Source: Eledone cirrhosa | Taxonomy: Eukaryota | Assembly (NCBI GenBank): GCA_964016885.1 | Contig: OZ024742.1 | Coordinates: 218,178,001 to 218,242,000, forward strand | DNA: 64,000 nucleotides | Direction of reading: 5' to 3' | Shown here: one piece after another, positions 1 to 15,449 of the stretch | Numbering within the stretch: the first letter of the stretch is position 1 | Layout of the letters: every line of letters begins with the position of its first letter | Notes under the pieces: generated by a model | What the model was told of the DNA's origin: nothing | The model's input: the letters and a program-made list of their open reading frames with translations, nothing else | The model's database searches: none | Position numbers and translations under genes: made by a program

Positions 1-205
1 GTTAGGAAAATTCTTCAACAGCCGCAAGAAATGCCTTCGAAAAATGTCTCGCCTCCAGTACTTCAGAATTCACCAGAATGAATAAATTGTATCTTGATGG
101 CAAAAATGTGTAGATTTTAATGGTTTTTATTTCGATCAATAAAGTTTAATCTGGACTGAGATATGTCGTTTTAAAGTTAATCTTTACAAAGCTGCATACA
201 TTTTT
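1..205 (+). mobile_element. Tc1/mariner transposase C-terminal relic and 3' end
   Basis: Broken frame reads NAFE..LAS.TSEF...NKL..WQKCVDFNGFYFD, typical of the mariner transposase C-terminus; cut by the window edge. Confidence 0.7.
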
Positions 206-785
206 GAACATGTATCTGAATTTCATGTATCTTTTAAATTGTCTAACGAGAAGATATTTTGATATGTTTGATAGAGATGAAAAGATCTCGAGTAGATATT
301 TTCTGATATTTTACTTTCTTCTTTCAATGAGTGTGAATATATCATTAAAGGAAATGGAAAAAACATGGTTCAAACAACCCTATATTTGAATAATTCACGA
401 TATATATGTCACGACAGACGATAGTAATCGATGGATAAGATAGAATATTTTAAGGAATAAAAATAAAAAATAACAACCATAATATAAGCCCGTTGAGTTT
501 CCTTTTGGTTGTTGCTAAATCTTTTTATAAGATGAAAAATGAATTTCAGTAGAAAACAAAAAAGACAAAAATAAACAAACAACATAAAAAGAACAAACAG
601 AAACGAAATATATAATGGCAAATGACACGATGCAAATATTTACTGAGGTGTAATGAGACCTCGTTTTATATATTAGAAAATATAAAACAGTCGTTCTGAC
701 ATAAAGAAGAGAAAAAACGGCATGAAGTTAGACGTAAGATATAATGATCCGTGAAACACTTAGTAAAGGCAGCTGGCAAGAGAAA

Positions 786-789
<4 letters not shown>

Positions 790-877
<88 letters not shown>
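790..877. repeat. (AG)n microsatellite
   Basis: Pure AG run. Many other microsatellites occur: (TTC)n 3786-3888, (CA)n 8170-8288, (TA)n at 6357, 11862, 17295, 18270 and elsewhere, (GAA)n 54492-54570. Confidence 0.95.
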
Positions 878-883
<6 letters not shown>

Positions 884-1696
884 AGAGAGAGAGGATGTTG
901 TAGAAGAGTGACATACCACTTGATACCAAAATACAGGCTATTTAGCTCACTGGAGGCGCGCATCCGATCAATAAACAAACAAAGACAAGGCTACTTGCTA
1001 GTTTGTGTTCAATAGCAACAGATGATGAGTATAATATCTGGCTTTGCCTCTCTTCTCTCTCTCCTTCAATGAGTAATCAGTATTTGGCAAGAGAGAAAAC
1101 ACGAATAAATAAATAGAAATAAAAAAAATCTTCCAATTTATTTGATTCAAGGTAAAAATCGAGAACAATTACTGAAGCAACAGATAATGTTGAGGATACG
1201 ATTTTTATGAGGGGGAGGAAGAAAGAAAAGGAGAAAGAGAGAGAGAGAGAGAAAAGGCAAAGAGAAAAGACAGAGATAGATAGAAATTTAGATAGATAGA
1301 CAGATAGATAGAGATAGAGGAGGGATTTGGGTTTTAATATATGTATTGTATGTTTATTTTATTATTACTATGGTGGTGGTAGTTTGGGAGACTCAGTAGA
1401 TCGTCGGATTAGATATCTTGCGTATTAAATTATCTTTACGTTCTCCACCACGGTCAACTTTACTTTTCACCCTTTCGGAGGCAATAAAAGAAAGTACCAG
1501 TTATCTACTGAAGTCGATTTAATCGATTTCCATCTCCCCAATTTCTTGCAAGAAATAATTAATACGAGTGAGAGCAGTTGATTGGTATAATTTTTAGCTC
1601 ATCCGTCAAAATACTTCCAGGCATATAGTTACGCCCCTTTATGTTATGAGTTTAAATCCCACCAAATTGTTGTGCTTATTAATGAGAATCCTAAGG

Positions 1697-1912
1697 ACGG
1701 TTGATTGGCAGTATCGATAGAGCATCGAATAATATACTTTACGGCATAGAAGTACGGCCCTTTACGTTCTGAGTTCAAATCCCACCGAGGTTAGCTTTGC
1801 CTTTCATCTTTACGGAGTAAATAAAATAAAGTACCAGTAACGTACTGGGGTCAATTTAATCGATTTTCCCCACCCCAAAAATTTGCTGGCCTTGTGCATA
1901 AAACAGAAACCA
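1697..1912 (+). mobile_element. tRNA-derived SINE, family S1 (most abundant in the window)
   Basis: A-box-like TTGGCAGTATCGATAGAG, B-box GAGTTCAAATCCC, body CTTTGCCTTTCATC..GTCGATAAAATAAAGTACCAGT and tail GCTGGCCTTGTGC. Degraded copies at ~1380-1560 and 1575-1670. Confidence 0.85.
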
Positions 1913-2396
1913 TTAATGAGAGTCCTATAAATTTTGGGTGTCTTTGTCTTTCTAGAGAAGTTCCATGTGTATAATTTACAGGTAAACCTGAACTCTTGAC
2001 TGTTCCTTAATGACCCAATAGTTTAGAACATTCTTTAACACCAGTATGACTTTTATTTATCTATATCTAATGTTGATACAATGTTTCTGATATCAAACAC
2101 GTGTGAAAGTGGTGCAGCACAATGACAATATCTCGGGATTTTTAATCATTAAAAGAATAATACAGTTCCCTTAACACAAAAATAATGTAAAATGCATATC
2201 TCTGGTTATAGTAACGTCGAACTGATGACTGACAACACTTCCACCTGGAAAGGACGTTAACCTACTACAGATAACATTTTACTGTAGTGTGAGCTCGGCA
2301 GCACAGTAACACAATCAATCACTCTTTCGTCCATTCCACAGTTCTACTGCTGTATACCGCTGTGTATTACTCTTACACTGCGATATCTACTACTGA

Positions 2397-2610
2397 AGGC
2401 ACGTGGTCTAGTGGTAAGGGTATCGGACTTACGATCGTAATGTCGTGGGTTCGATTCCTGGGTTGGGTTGCGTGTTGTGTTCTTGAGCAAAAACACTTCA
2501 TTTTACGTTGCTCCAGTATACTCAGTTGAAAATGAGTACCAGCAATAGCTGGGGGTTTAACCCAGCGATGGACTGGTCTCCTTCACGCCATGAAACCGGG
2601 ATAAGCACCA
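2397..2610 (+). mobile_element. tRNA-derived CORE-like SINE (S2)
   Basis: A box TGGTCTAGTGG, B box GGTTCGATTCC, CORE-like GTGTTCTTGAGCAAAAACACTT...AAAATGAGTACC. Related copies at 17548-17652 (+, 5' part) and ~42985-43240 (-). Confidence 0.7.
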
Positions 2611-2649
2611 GCTCAACGCACGAGGGCATGCATGCATGCGATAGCTACG

Positions 2650-2830
2650 GAGATATGAGTCTTCGAGGGTGCTTTTACATGATGGATGGACCTGCTAGAA
2701 ATAGCAACCAAACCTTCTTCCAGTATAATCTCACTGTCTTAAATATATATAAATCTCCAATAAAATAAAGATGGATATATTGAGTATGATGGCGAAGGCT
2801 GGAATACTTTTCGTCATGGACCTTCTCGAT
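2650..2830. repeat. Old interspersed repeat (CTGCTAGAAATAGCAACCAAA motif), probably SINE-derived
   Basis: Same motif at ~13738-13870 and more weakly at ~25660-25800, ~34630-34670 (-) and ~53200-53295 (-). Confidence 0.5.
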
Positions 2831-4182
2831 CAAAGATAATCCGTAACTAAACGACACCAAAAATAGCAACAGCTACTTAGGAGAGAACAATCTGCAACTT
2901 AGGATCCTTGAGGAGTTGAGTGACTTAGCTACGAGCAAAATTTTGAGCTGACAAAGCAAACTACCATTATGTTTGTTATGCTTTGAAATCGGTGGAGCCA
3001 TGCTCAACATAAAAAAATGTTTTATGTGGTCGCTTGAGTTGGTAGAAAGAGTGGCTAAATCGACCTGGAATCAATCGCAGAAATGTAAAGCAGGCTCAAT
3101 AGATAATAGTAGATGCACTGTATTTGAGAAAAAAGACGGGATGGTCATGGCTGAAATATATTCTCAATTAAAGCTGGTCTTAAGCTAAACAACAGCAACA
3201 ATAAGAATACGAAATATGAAATAGTGAATCATTAACCACATTTAAATCTTCAATAAGGTTAGTTTCTTTTTCTTCTTTCTTTCTTTTCTATTCCCTGGAA
3301 CAATTCGGTAAAGGAATGATTCATTATAGTCAAAATATTGGCATTTCTTGGACAGAATGGTGACTCATTATTTATTCTGAAAATATAGACTTTCTCCAAA
3401 TATTATATTTGGTACATTTGTTCTGGCTCCAATAATCATATATATTCCACAATGTAAGTTATTTACACACCATTCGCTTCATTATTATAGATATTTTGGT
3501 TCTTGGTTGTACAATTGTCAGACAATGAACGAAGTAACTTAATTATTCACATAATTACACATATAAACCAGATTAAAGAAACAATGCAGTCGTACATCGT
3601 ATCGAAATATTTAGTTTGACTGAGCCCAGTGACGCCACACAATTACAATGGTACCTTTCAGATTTCTCATATTTCTGGTATAACGAAGGACGGCAGATTG
3701 TTGCCCTCAGTTCAAATCTTGCAAGAATCAACTTACTTTTTCATATTTGTGGCATGTGTGCGCGCACGCGCGTTGCTAAATATCATTCTTCTTCTTCTTC
3801 TTCTTCTTCTTCTTCTTCTTCTTCTTCTTCTTCTTCTTCTTCTTCTTCTTCTTCTTCTTCTTCTTCTTCTTCTTCTTCTTCTTCTTCTATAAAAATGAGA
3901 TAACTCATCGCTAGCACAGCCATTAAAACAGCCAAATGCTGTCAATGATAGCGATGGGCAAAACTGCCTCAGAAACAGACCAGCGACCAGTGGGTGTGAT
4001 GGGTTACAGGCAGATGAAATATAGAAAAGATTGAAAGAGGAGGAGAACAAGGAGAAGTGTATTGGCACATAGAAGTGATTGGAAGAAGGCTGTTTTAACG
4101 AATATTCTAGCGATGATTTTTACTTATTTTTATATGAATTCAAATACATCTCGCTTGGTAGTATATATATATATATATGATT

Positions 4183-4325
4183 TTTAGTCCAGAATTAGCC
4201 GTCGAAACGGCTTGCGCTCAGCCGTCGGGGTCCTACTCGTTCCTATTACCCACTCTACTACCCTAAGTATTGAGTACTTTGGTGCGTTATGGTCCACCTG
4301 GTTCCTTACCACATTTCCTTCGTTA
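4183..4325 (+). mobile_element. Penelope family A 3' terminal fragment in (TA)n
   Basis: Near-identical to the reverse complement of 19622-19764, the 3' end of the Penelope element; flanked by TA repeats. Confidence 0.85.
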
Positions 4326-4575
4326 TATATATATATATATATATGAAGAAAAAATGGGTATTTATTTATGTCTAATATTTCTTCTTACTTTATAATATAT
4401 TACATAGCTTTGATATAGAGTCAATTTATTTATTCCGATTATCTTGTCTCTCATAGTCATAGAGCAACACTGGTTAAGGTTGACAACACACAATCTCACA
4501 TACTTGTGAAAAATGTATGTGCATATATGCATGTATATGTATGTATACACATATATCTGTGTACCTCTCATTATT

Positions 4576-4762
4576 GGTGGATTGGCAGTATCAGTAGAGA
4601 GTCGGACGCCATGCTTTCCAGCATAGTTACGTCCCTTTACGGTCTGAGTTCAAATCCCGCCGAGGTTGACTTCGCCTTTCATCCTTACGGGGTCGATAAA
4701 ATAAAGTACCAGTAATGCACTGGGTAATTGCTGGCCTTGTGCCTAAAGTAGAAACAATTATT
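4576..4762 (+). mobile_element. SINE S1, full-length short variant
   Basis: A/B boxes and S1 body. Further copies: 12436-12508(-), 23790-23908, 25095-25316(-), 25855-26070, 26078-26297, 38478-38612(-), 43858-43990, 46711-46830, 47218-47380, 49995-50212(-), 54914-55038. Confidence 0.85.
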
Positions 4763-5663
4763 GTATATATATATATTCTATTTCTAATTCTTCATTTATT
4801 ATACTTAATTGCAACAACACAGCTCGCCATTTTACATTCATATATGTTTTCCCCTTCGCCTTGACCTGTCTTTTTCCTCTTCCCTTACTGCTATCCTCTT
4901 TCTCTCTCCCCCTTCTCTCTCCTTCTCCCTCTTACTTTCACTCACCTCCTCTGCTAGTCTAGTCCCCCTCTCTCGGCTAGCCTCTTCCTCGCACTTTCAC
5001 TCACTCACTCTCTGCTACTCACCCTCTCTCTCACTTCCTCCATCGTCTCACACCGTACGCGATCCTTTTCCTCGCTCACATCCGTACGGCTAAGATGTGT
5101 CTTTACCTTCTGGTCAATATTCGCCGGTTCTTATGTTCGAAATGAATTATTGACTTGATTTTTTCATTTTTTCCTCTCATTACGTTGCCTCACCATTCGT
5201 GTTTATTTACATGTCTCTCTTCTCCATCCAATTCTTTTTATCCCAATAACTTATTTTAGTTATTGTATCGCCCTAGCTGGAGGTATATTGTCTGTAATGC
5301 GAAGAAATACCTATGATGGCTAGTAGACAACTGATGACAGATATTCCTAACTTCTATTTCTAATTCTTCATTTATTATATATATATATATATATATATAC
5401 TACCAAAATTAACTTTAAAATGTCATGTCTGAGAATATCAGAAGCATGCGCCGTATAACCTGTGGCATAAGCTCAGAGATTCCAAGGAATAAATCCGAGC
5501 ATTTATTAACATTAAATTAAAAGTCTATTGACATATATATATAAATGAAACGCATCAAACAATTACAGGGGATAATTTGTAAAGAGTGTAGACACCCATA
5601 GCTACGGAGGTAACATATTAAAAATTAACGAGAACCTTGAATATAGATATCTTGCAATAAATG

Positions 5664-5709
<46 letters not shown>

Positions 5710-5711
5710 TG

Positions 5712-5920
5712 TGAGAAAAACCACAGACCCTCCATCTCAACTCTACTTTTGAACAGCAGAAGAACTGCGAAACCGGTAAAGGAACCAAATAAATATATAT
5801 ATTTAAAAAAAAAATAAGACTCCAGTTGCATTTTCGATTTCATCTCTTTTTCTTTATACTTTCACTCGTGTAGGACACCTCGGTTATTTTTCAATTTGTA
5901 AAAAAAACCTCACTTTCTAA
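5712..5920 (+). mobile_element. Penelope-type family C terminal fragment with HHR motif
   Basis: Matches 17754-17961; TTGAACA-GCAG-AAGAA-CTGC-GAA-ACCGGT-A; inserted in (TA)n. Confidence 0.7.
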
Positions 5921-5936
5921 TATATATATATATATA

Positions 5937-6353
5937 CCGAAGGAAGTGTGGTAAGGAATCAGGTGGACCATAACGCACCAGAGTACTCAATACTTAATGT
6001 AGTAGAGTGGGTAATAGAAAAATGTTCAAGACCCCAACGGCAGAGCTCGAGCCGTTTCGACGGCTATTTCTGGACTCTAGAAATTTCTGGAGTCCAGAAA
6101 AAGCCGTCGAAACGGCTCGAGATCTGCCGACGGGTCTTGAACATTTTTCTCTCTATATATATATATAACAAAGGAAGTGTGGTAAGTGTGGAACAAGATG
6201 GACCATAACGCATAAGAGTAGTCAATACTTAGGGTAGTAGAGTGGGTAATAGGAAAATATTTAACCCCGACGGCAGAGCTCAAGCCGTTTCAACGGCTAT
6301 TTCTGGATAGCCGTTGAAACGGCTTGAGCTCTGCCGCCGGGGTTACACATTTT

Positions 6354-6356
<3 letters not shown>
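5937..6356. mobile_element. Two adjacent fold-back Penelope family A fragments
   Basis: 5937-6076(-) followed by ~6092-6153(+), then 6166-6306(-) followed by 6307-6356(+); each pair bounded by TA repeats. Confidence 0.8.
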
Positions 6357-8526
<2,170 letters not shown>

Positions 8527-8798
8527 ATATATATAGGCGGTATGGCGGGTGAGCACTCGATGCTCTAGCAGAGGAGAGTATAATAATAAATGATGCAACA
8601 CTGATACTTTGTTCCTTTACTTTTATACTATATATATATACATATATAAAAGTAGGAGGAATTTGTAGTTTAGTTGCGTATGGCATTTGAAGTTTGAAAG
8701 CCACGATATATAAATAAATTAAGGTAAAACATAACATCTTGTTTCGTCTAATTACTTTATGCGACTATTTCGCATTGTCATGACTTTCAAACTTCAAA

Positions 8799-8839
<41 letters not shown>

Positions 8840-8846
8840 GAAGAAG

Positions 8847-8904
<58 letters not shown>

Positions 8905-9139
8905 AAAGTTATATTTAAATTGTTGGGTTACAACTAGTAAATATTTATAACTGATATAAAAGCACTCGACAAGTATTTGGAGTATATTTACAATATTAAA
9001 TAAATGGAAACTATATTTATAAAACCATATTTATTTCATTATATATATTTCAGGGATATCATATTAACAATATGCTATGCCTTCCTCAGACAAAATACAA
9101 TATAAACAGTTTTATAGATAAATAGATTTGACACTATTT

Positions 9140-11167
9140 AAACTCACCGAAATGTTTCCTGTATTCGGCGGTGGATTGTACCGGGATGATGGGCTCCTCA
9201 CTCTCAAAGGGTACAACTCCAGTAGTACAGACCGGGTCCGTAAACAACTAATCAACTTCTTCCGGGACTGGGGACTTAAAATCACCCTACAAACGTCCCT
9301 AACCTGAGTCAATTTCCTGGACGTTACCCATAACCTGGAAAATGATCTGTACTACCCATACAGGAAACCAAACGACAACCTGCACTACATCCACCGCCGC
9401 TCTAACCATCCTAGAAACATCACCAATAACCTGGTTAAACACATCTCCCTCCGCATATCTCGTTTGTCTGCTAATGAGCAGATATTCGACAAACACGCGC
9501 CTCATTACAACCAGGCCCTCAAGAGGAGTGGCTTCCGGGGAGGAAATATCCTTCTATCCAGCTTCCCTTAGTGGACCAAGCAGGCGACACCGCCGCTCAC
9601 GCAACGTAACGTGGTTCAATGCTCCCCATAATGCCGAGGTGGCAACACCTATGGGGAAAATCTTCTTTAGACTCCTCGAAAAACACTTCCCACTACAACA
9701 CCGCTACCACAACATAATCAACAAAAACACCATCAAACTCTCCTACAGCACCACACCTAACTTCGCACAAAACATCGTCTCCTCAAACAACAAAAAACTT
9801 AATCCCTATGGAAGAAATAACCTAGACATCAGTGGAGAGCCGACCAGGAGGTGTAACTTCCCTGATATATCTACGTGCCCCCTCAACAACAAATGCCAAG
9901 AACGTAACGTGATCTACCAGTGCAACGTGAGGACGGACACCTCCAACAAAGATTATATAGGATTAACTGCGTGTGACTTCAAGACCCGGCTCTACCAACA
10001 CCGACATACTTTCCGAAACCCGGTCCGGCGACATGCCACTACACTTTCGGGCCACATCTGGGACCTCCAAGATAATAATATAACCTACAATCTCACTTGG
10101 AGCTTACTGTCCAGAGCTAACTCTTACACGGGAGGATGCCGTCCGTGTAACTTATGCTCGGAGGAAACATTACAAATGCTGTTTTCGAAGGACCAACTCC
10201 TAAACAAGAAAGACGAACTGGTAACCGCATGCAAACACAGATTGCGTATGACTTACCTCGCCCTCAAACCCCATAACGACCAGGGTGGGTAGACAAGGGC
10301 TGATAACCCTCCTACTTGCCGAAAGAGTTAGGGGAAACCCCAGCTTACATAGGTAGATGTATCTCCTTTCTTTTCCTCTTTGTCTTCTTCTTACTCCTGT
10401 CTCATCCTATCACTTCCTTCCACCCCCTATTTTCTTCCTCGTCTGATTTCCCCTTCGCCTACCCCGATGCAGCCCATCGGGCCTCTGTAGCATCAGTTCC
10501 TCCACCCCTGTAATTTTAAGATAGAATTGGCCGAATACGTTTTACTAACTACTTATACCAGATGTGTAAAACCCCTTTAACTTTGTAACAGCTCTGTTAC
10601 TACTCAATTTCTACAAGTTTTTTCTATTCTCAACTTATTAACCTGTAATTGTAAGATAGCATTGTGATTTCTTTATTCATTTCTCACTATCTAATTTTAT
10701 ATATTTTTTTTCTTTCTTTCTATTATCTTTTATTGTCTCCTACTCTCATTCGATTTACTTATTCTATAACCTCCCTCCTCCACTTCATACACTATCCTTA
10801 GAATCTGCTGTATACATATACACTTTCAACGCTTGACCGCTCCACTCACTCCCCTATTGTTCTACAGGCCAGTTCAGCCACCCCTACCTCCCACCAAATG
10901 CCATGATAGACTTATTTGTGTTTACAACAAATTTTAACCAATCCTCTTGACAACTACAATCTTCCCATATAAGGAAGTACCCCCTTGACAAGTTCGGCTA
11001 TTTATTCACCAGGCTAAAAATTCTAATGTAGTCCAGAAATAGCCGTCGAAACAGCTTGAGCTCTGCCGTCGGCGTCTTATTTTTTCCTATTTCCCACTCT
11101 ATTACTCCTAAGTATTGAGTACTATGGTGCGTTATGGTCCATCTGGTTCCTTACCACAATTTCTTTG

Positions 11168-11168
<1 letters not shown>
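9140..11168 (+). mobile_element. 5'-truncated Penelope-like element (Naiad-type): RT C-terminal half, GIY-YIG endonuclease, 3' pseudo-LTR with HHR
   Basis: Frame from 9140 reads GGGLYRDDGL...VNFLDV...YRKP...SNHP. Stop at 9305 and +1 frameshift at 9537-9540. It continues WFNAP..IKLSYS..CNFPDISTCPLNNKC..VIY..YIG..FKTR..H..CRPCNLC..CKHR, stop at 10292; ends in (TA)n. Confidence 0.92.
10978..11075 (+). ncRNA. Type I hammerhead ribozyme motif (U3-A8 variant), partly degraded
   Basis: ACCCCC-TTGACAA-G..CGGCTATTT...AAATAGCCG.C-GAA-ACAGCT..TGCCGT-C-GGCGT; mismatches in helices I and III. Confidence 0.65.
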
Positions 11169-12046
<878 letters not shown>

Positions 12047-12318
12047 GGAAGCACATGGCTTAGTGGTTAGAGCATTGGCCTTGCATTCGAAAGGTTGTGA
12101 GTTCAAACCTCAGACCAGGTGATGTGGGTGCCACGGCCAAAAAGCACCCACCACTCACTGTAAAGTGGTCGTGGAGGTGCCACGGAAAAAAGCACCCAGC
12201 ACTCACTGTAAATGAGGTTGGTGTTAGGAAGGGCATCCAGCTGTAGAATCAGTTCCCGTCCCACCCTTGCAAGCAGGGAAAAAGCGGATGTAAAATGAAA
12301 TGATGATGATGATGATGA

Positions 12319-12321
<3 letters not shown>
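12047..12321 (+). mobile_element. tRNA-derived SINE with Meta-like central domain and (GAT)n tail (S3)
   Basis: TGGCTTAGTGG A box, GAGTTCAAACC B box, internal ~50-bp duplication, GTTGGTGTTAGGAAGGGCATCCAGCTGTAGAA segment, GAT repeat tail. Confidence 0.7.
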
Positions 12322-12358
<37 letters not shown>

Positions 12359-12509
12359 TTGTGCATGTGTGTGTATGTATGTATATAAGAATTGCTTGTA
12401 TGCTGGTTCTAATTTACATAGTTGATAATTTAATAATTGTTTCTACTTTTGGCACAAGGCCAGCAATTACCCAGTGCATTACTGGTACTTTATTTTATCG
12501 ACCCCGTAA

Positions 12510-13560
12510 GTTGTAAAATCATAGAAGCAAATCTTTTCCCTTTAAGTTGGATATTTAGTCTTAAAATTGATGAATGTACTAGTAGACCTAACACCAACCT
12601 ATCTCTTTGTTTGATTTGGGTGGAGGTTACTTTTACAAACATTCTCTCAACGGTGGCATTACTTCGTAGCATGCTCTAAACATGAAATTTTTATGTGTTG
12701 CTGCTTTGCACAGAATGTTTTACTCATAAATAAGAATTGCTTCAAGAAATATACGTCAAATCTGGTGTTAGCAGTTCGTGCCACTGGTTCTCTCTTTCTA
12801 CAATTTTAAATTGATCAGCCAATGAAAAGAGAAGAGCTACAAAAGATACATGAGTATGGTTTAAAGTTTAAACAATCACTCGATAAATTATTTTTAATCT
12901 TTTAAAGGATTTTCATACTTCTAGGTGCACGGTTCAAGTATTGTTTGCATGACCGCCTCAAAAAGTACTTTGTTTCCCTGGAAAATTTCTTTTCATGATA
13001 CTATGCTGGTTAAAAGCTTAGAGAACTTGTACTCCAAATAAATGTTTTCACATGAAAATTACTTTGATGTAATGTTTAATACGTTTTAGGGTGAAAAATT
13101 CTTCAAAGCATAGATAACACAAAACTGTTAAGACACAACAGTGATCTATCTCTTTTTTGAACAGCAAATTATTATTATCATTTTCAAATTCACTCGACAC
13201 AAGCTTCATAAATGTTAAATAAGTTGCAGATTGTCGAAAATTGAAGATGCCACTTGAAAATGTAATTTTAATGTGCCCCACTGGCTAATAATTACTTTTA
13301 CAAACTACTTCTTGTTAACCAGTATGTGGGTGGCTAAACAAGCAATAACTTTCAATGGTTCCTCACATTTTCATGTTGGATCTTCTTCTCGCAATGCTTA
13401 TTTGTGGAGCCAGTTCTAAGTACCTCTCGACAGATATTCAATGTTAGAAGGTAGTTCTTCAGTAAAATTGTAACATGCTCAATAGAAAGAAAGGCAAATG
13501 TATTTCATGAGAATCAAGTTGGAGTTATTTAAGATCACTAACTTATAGAGAGAATTATTA
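12510..13560 (-). mobile_element. Degraded hAT-family transposase relic
   Basis: ORF 12490-12672(-) SNATVERMFVKVTSTQIKQRDRL resembles the hAT dimerization motif SNAxxERxFS..K.RNRL; upstream frames are broken. Confidence 0.5.
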
Positions 13561-15204
13561 AGTCACAATGGTTTGAAACTCTGACAGTTGCAATATAGCA
13601 AGGCAGATTTTAATATTAATGACGACGAAGGAATTGCTTTATTAAATAAGTTCTCTTAAATGATTGATATTGCGAATACTTGCATGACAAACTACAAATA
13701 TAGATTGCTGACAAAAAGACACCAACGCTGTCGCTCCTTCTGCTAGAAATAACAACCAAATCTCCTTCAAAACACCATATCGTTTGAAAAAATAAGGATC
13801 CATTGGATAATGTAATCTTACATATACAAAAGGTGAAGAGGGAATGGTCACAATTGGAATATCGTTTATTAGATATCTACTAAAAAAAAACAGCTAGTAT
13901 ATTTCGAATTTCTAAATCACACAAATATGGTTTCTCCGATCAAAACGATTCGATAAAGTATCTAATATAGGGAGTAGTAGTAGGGAGATGTCATAAGTTG
14001 ATGTAAAGAATTATCGTAGGTATTTGTCGTAGGATGATACCGTAGGTAAATGTTATAGAGAGATATCTTAAATAGACGTTGTAGGGGTATGATGTGGGGA
14101 GTTGCCATAGTTGTCACAGGGAAATGATATACGTAGATATTGTAGAACAATGTTCTATGTAGATGTCTAAATCATTGTGATAGTTATATGGAAATGTGGT
14201 AGTGAGGTGTTATATGTCGATGCTGTAGGTATTTGTCAGGGGGTGGGGTGGTAGGAGGAAACTCATGTAGGTAGTTGTCATAGGGAGATATCATCGGAAG
14301 ATGTCACACGAGGATGTCGTAGCTATAGCCAACCGACTAAATGCCTTGTGGTATTTAGCTATTATCCCTGAAGAGTTTGAATTGAAGTCGTCATACCGAT
14401 GCCGTCTTTGAATTTCCTTTTTCTGGGGTCAATAAAATAAATACCTGTTTAATACTGAGGTCGATTATAATCAAAACTATACCTATATTAGCAATCTTTA
14501 TTATTGTTATATATCTCATTGATCTCTACAGCAAAGATCAAGTGATGTGTCACAGATGTGTGAGGAAAAACATGATACTCATAATCAAATAAGCAAATAC
14601 ATAATACAAAACAAAAGAAATTAATCCTGACTTCAGTCAGTCGGTAAATTTGACTCAATCAAAATTTGTTTACACCCGTTTCAATCTTCCTTTACATTGT
14701 TTAACTGGTGCTGGAGTTGGCGATGCTAGATTAAGTATTAGTTACTGGTGTCGATTAAATCGAGTAACTCCGCCTTCTCCAACCAACGTTTGTTGTCTAG
14801 TGACAATATAATTCATTGATCTTTATAGAATGTCGGTTTCGCCACACTCGCCAGTCCTAGATACACAGCATAAAGAAAAATTCTCCAGTGGTTTTCAAAT
14901 GACAATATAATCCATTCGTCTTTATATCGTGATGATAAAGCTCCCCATAAGCCATGAACGCAATGCTGGTTCAATTCCTTTCATTTCACTTACAATGATT
15001 ATTGTTTGGGCAAATATATGTAAGCCACAATAGCTCACTTCTACAATTCTTTGATTCAATTGATACCGCATTATTAAGAACCAATCACTTTTTATTAATG
15101 GTTAATCTTATTATATTGATGGTCAACAGCTTGACACACTTATTTTGATGATTGGCCTTCTTGTGTTGAAAGTTGTCCTAATTATTTTGAATGCTTACCA
15201 AATT

Positions 15205-15352
15205 ATATTGATGGGTGACCCAGTTAGATTGACGGTTGATCCAGTTATATTGATGGTTGATCCAGTTATATTGGCAATTGATCCAGTTATGTTGATGGTT
15301 GATCCAGTTATATTGACGGTGTTGACGGTTGACTCAGTTATATTGAGGGTTG
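15205..15352. repeat. 21-bp minisatellite (GATGGTTGATCCAGTTATATT), about 7 copies
   Basis: Directly visible imperfect tandem units. Confidence 0.85.
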
Positions 15353-15449
15353 ACTATGTGATTATGTTAATAATTGACACAAAATTATTTATTATTGATG
15401 GCCCGCTCCACATTTGAGCAGAAATGCTTCTTATGTCAACCGGTTATAT

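Noticed and set aside
2397-2470. tRNA genes here and at 12047 and 17548
   Set aside because: A/B boxes run directly into SINE bodies and the cloverleaf stems are not intact.
9305-9307. In-frame TGA in the Penelope RT as selenocysteine, as reported for some Naiad elements
   Set aside because: It is not at an obvious conserved Cys position, the endonuclease Cys residues use normal codons, the copy also has a frameshift, and I saw no SECIS after the stop at 10292.
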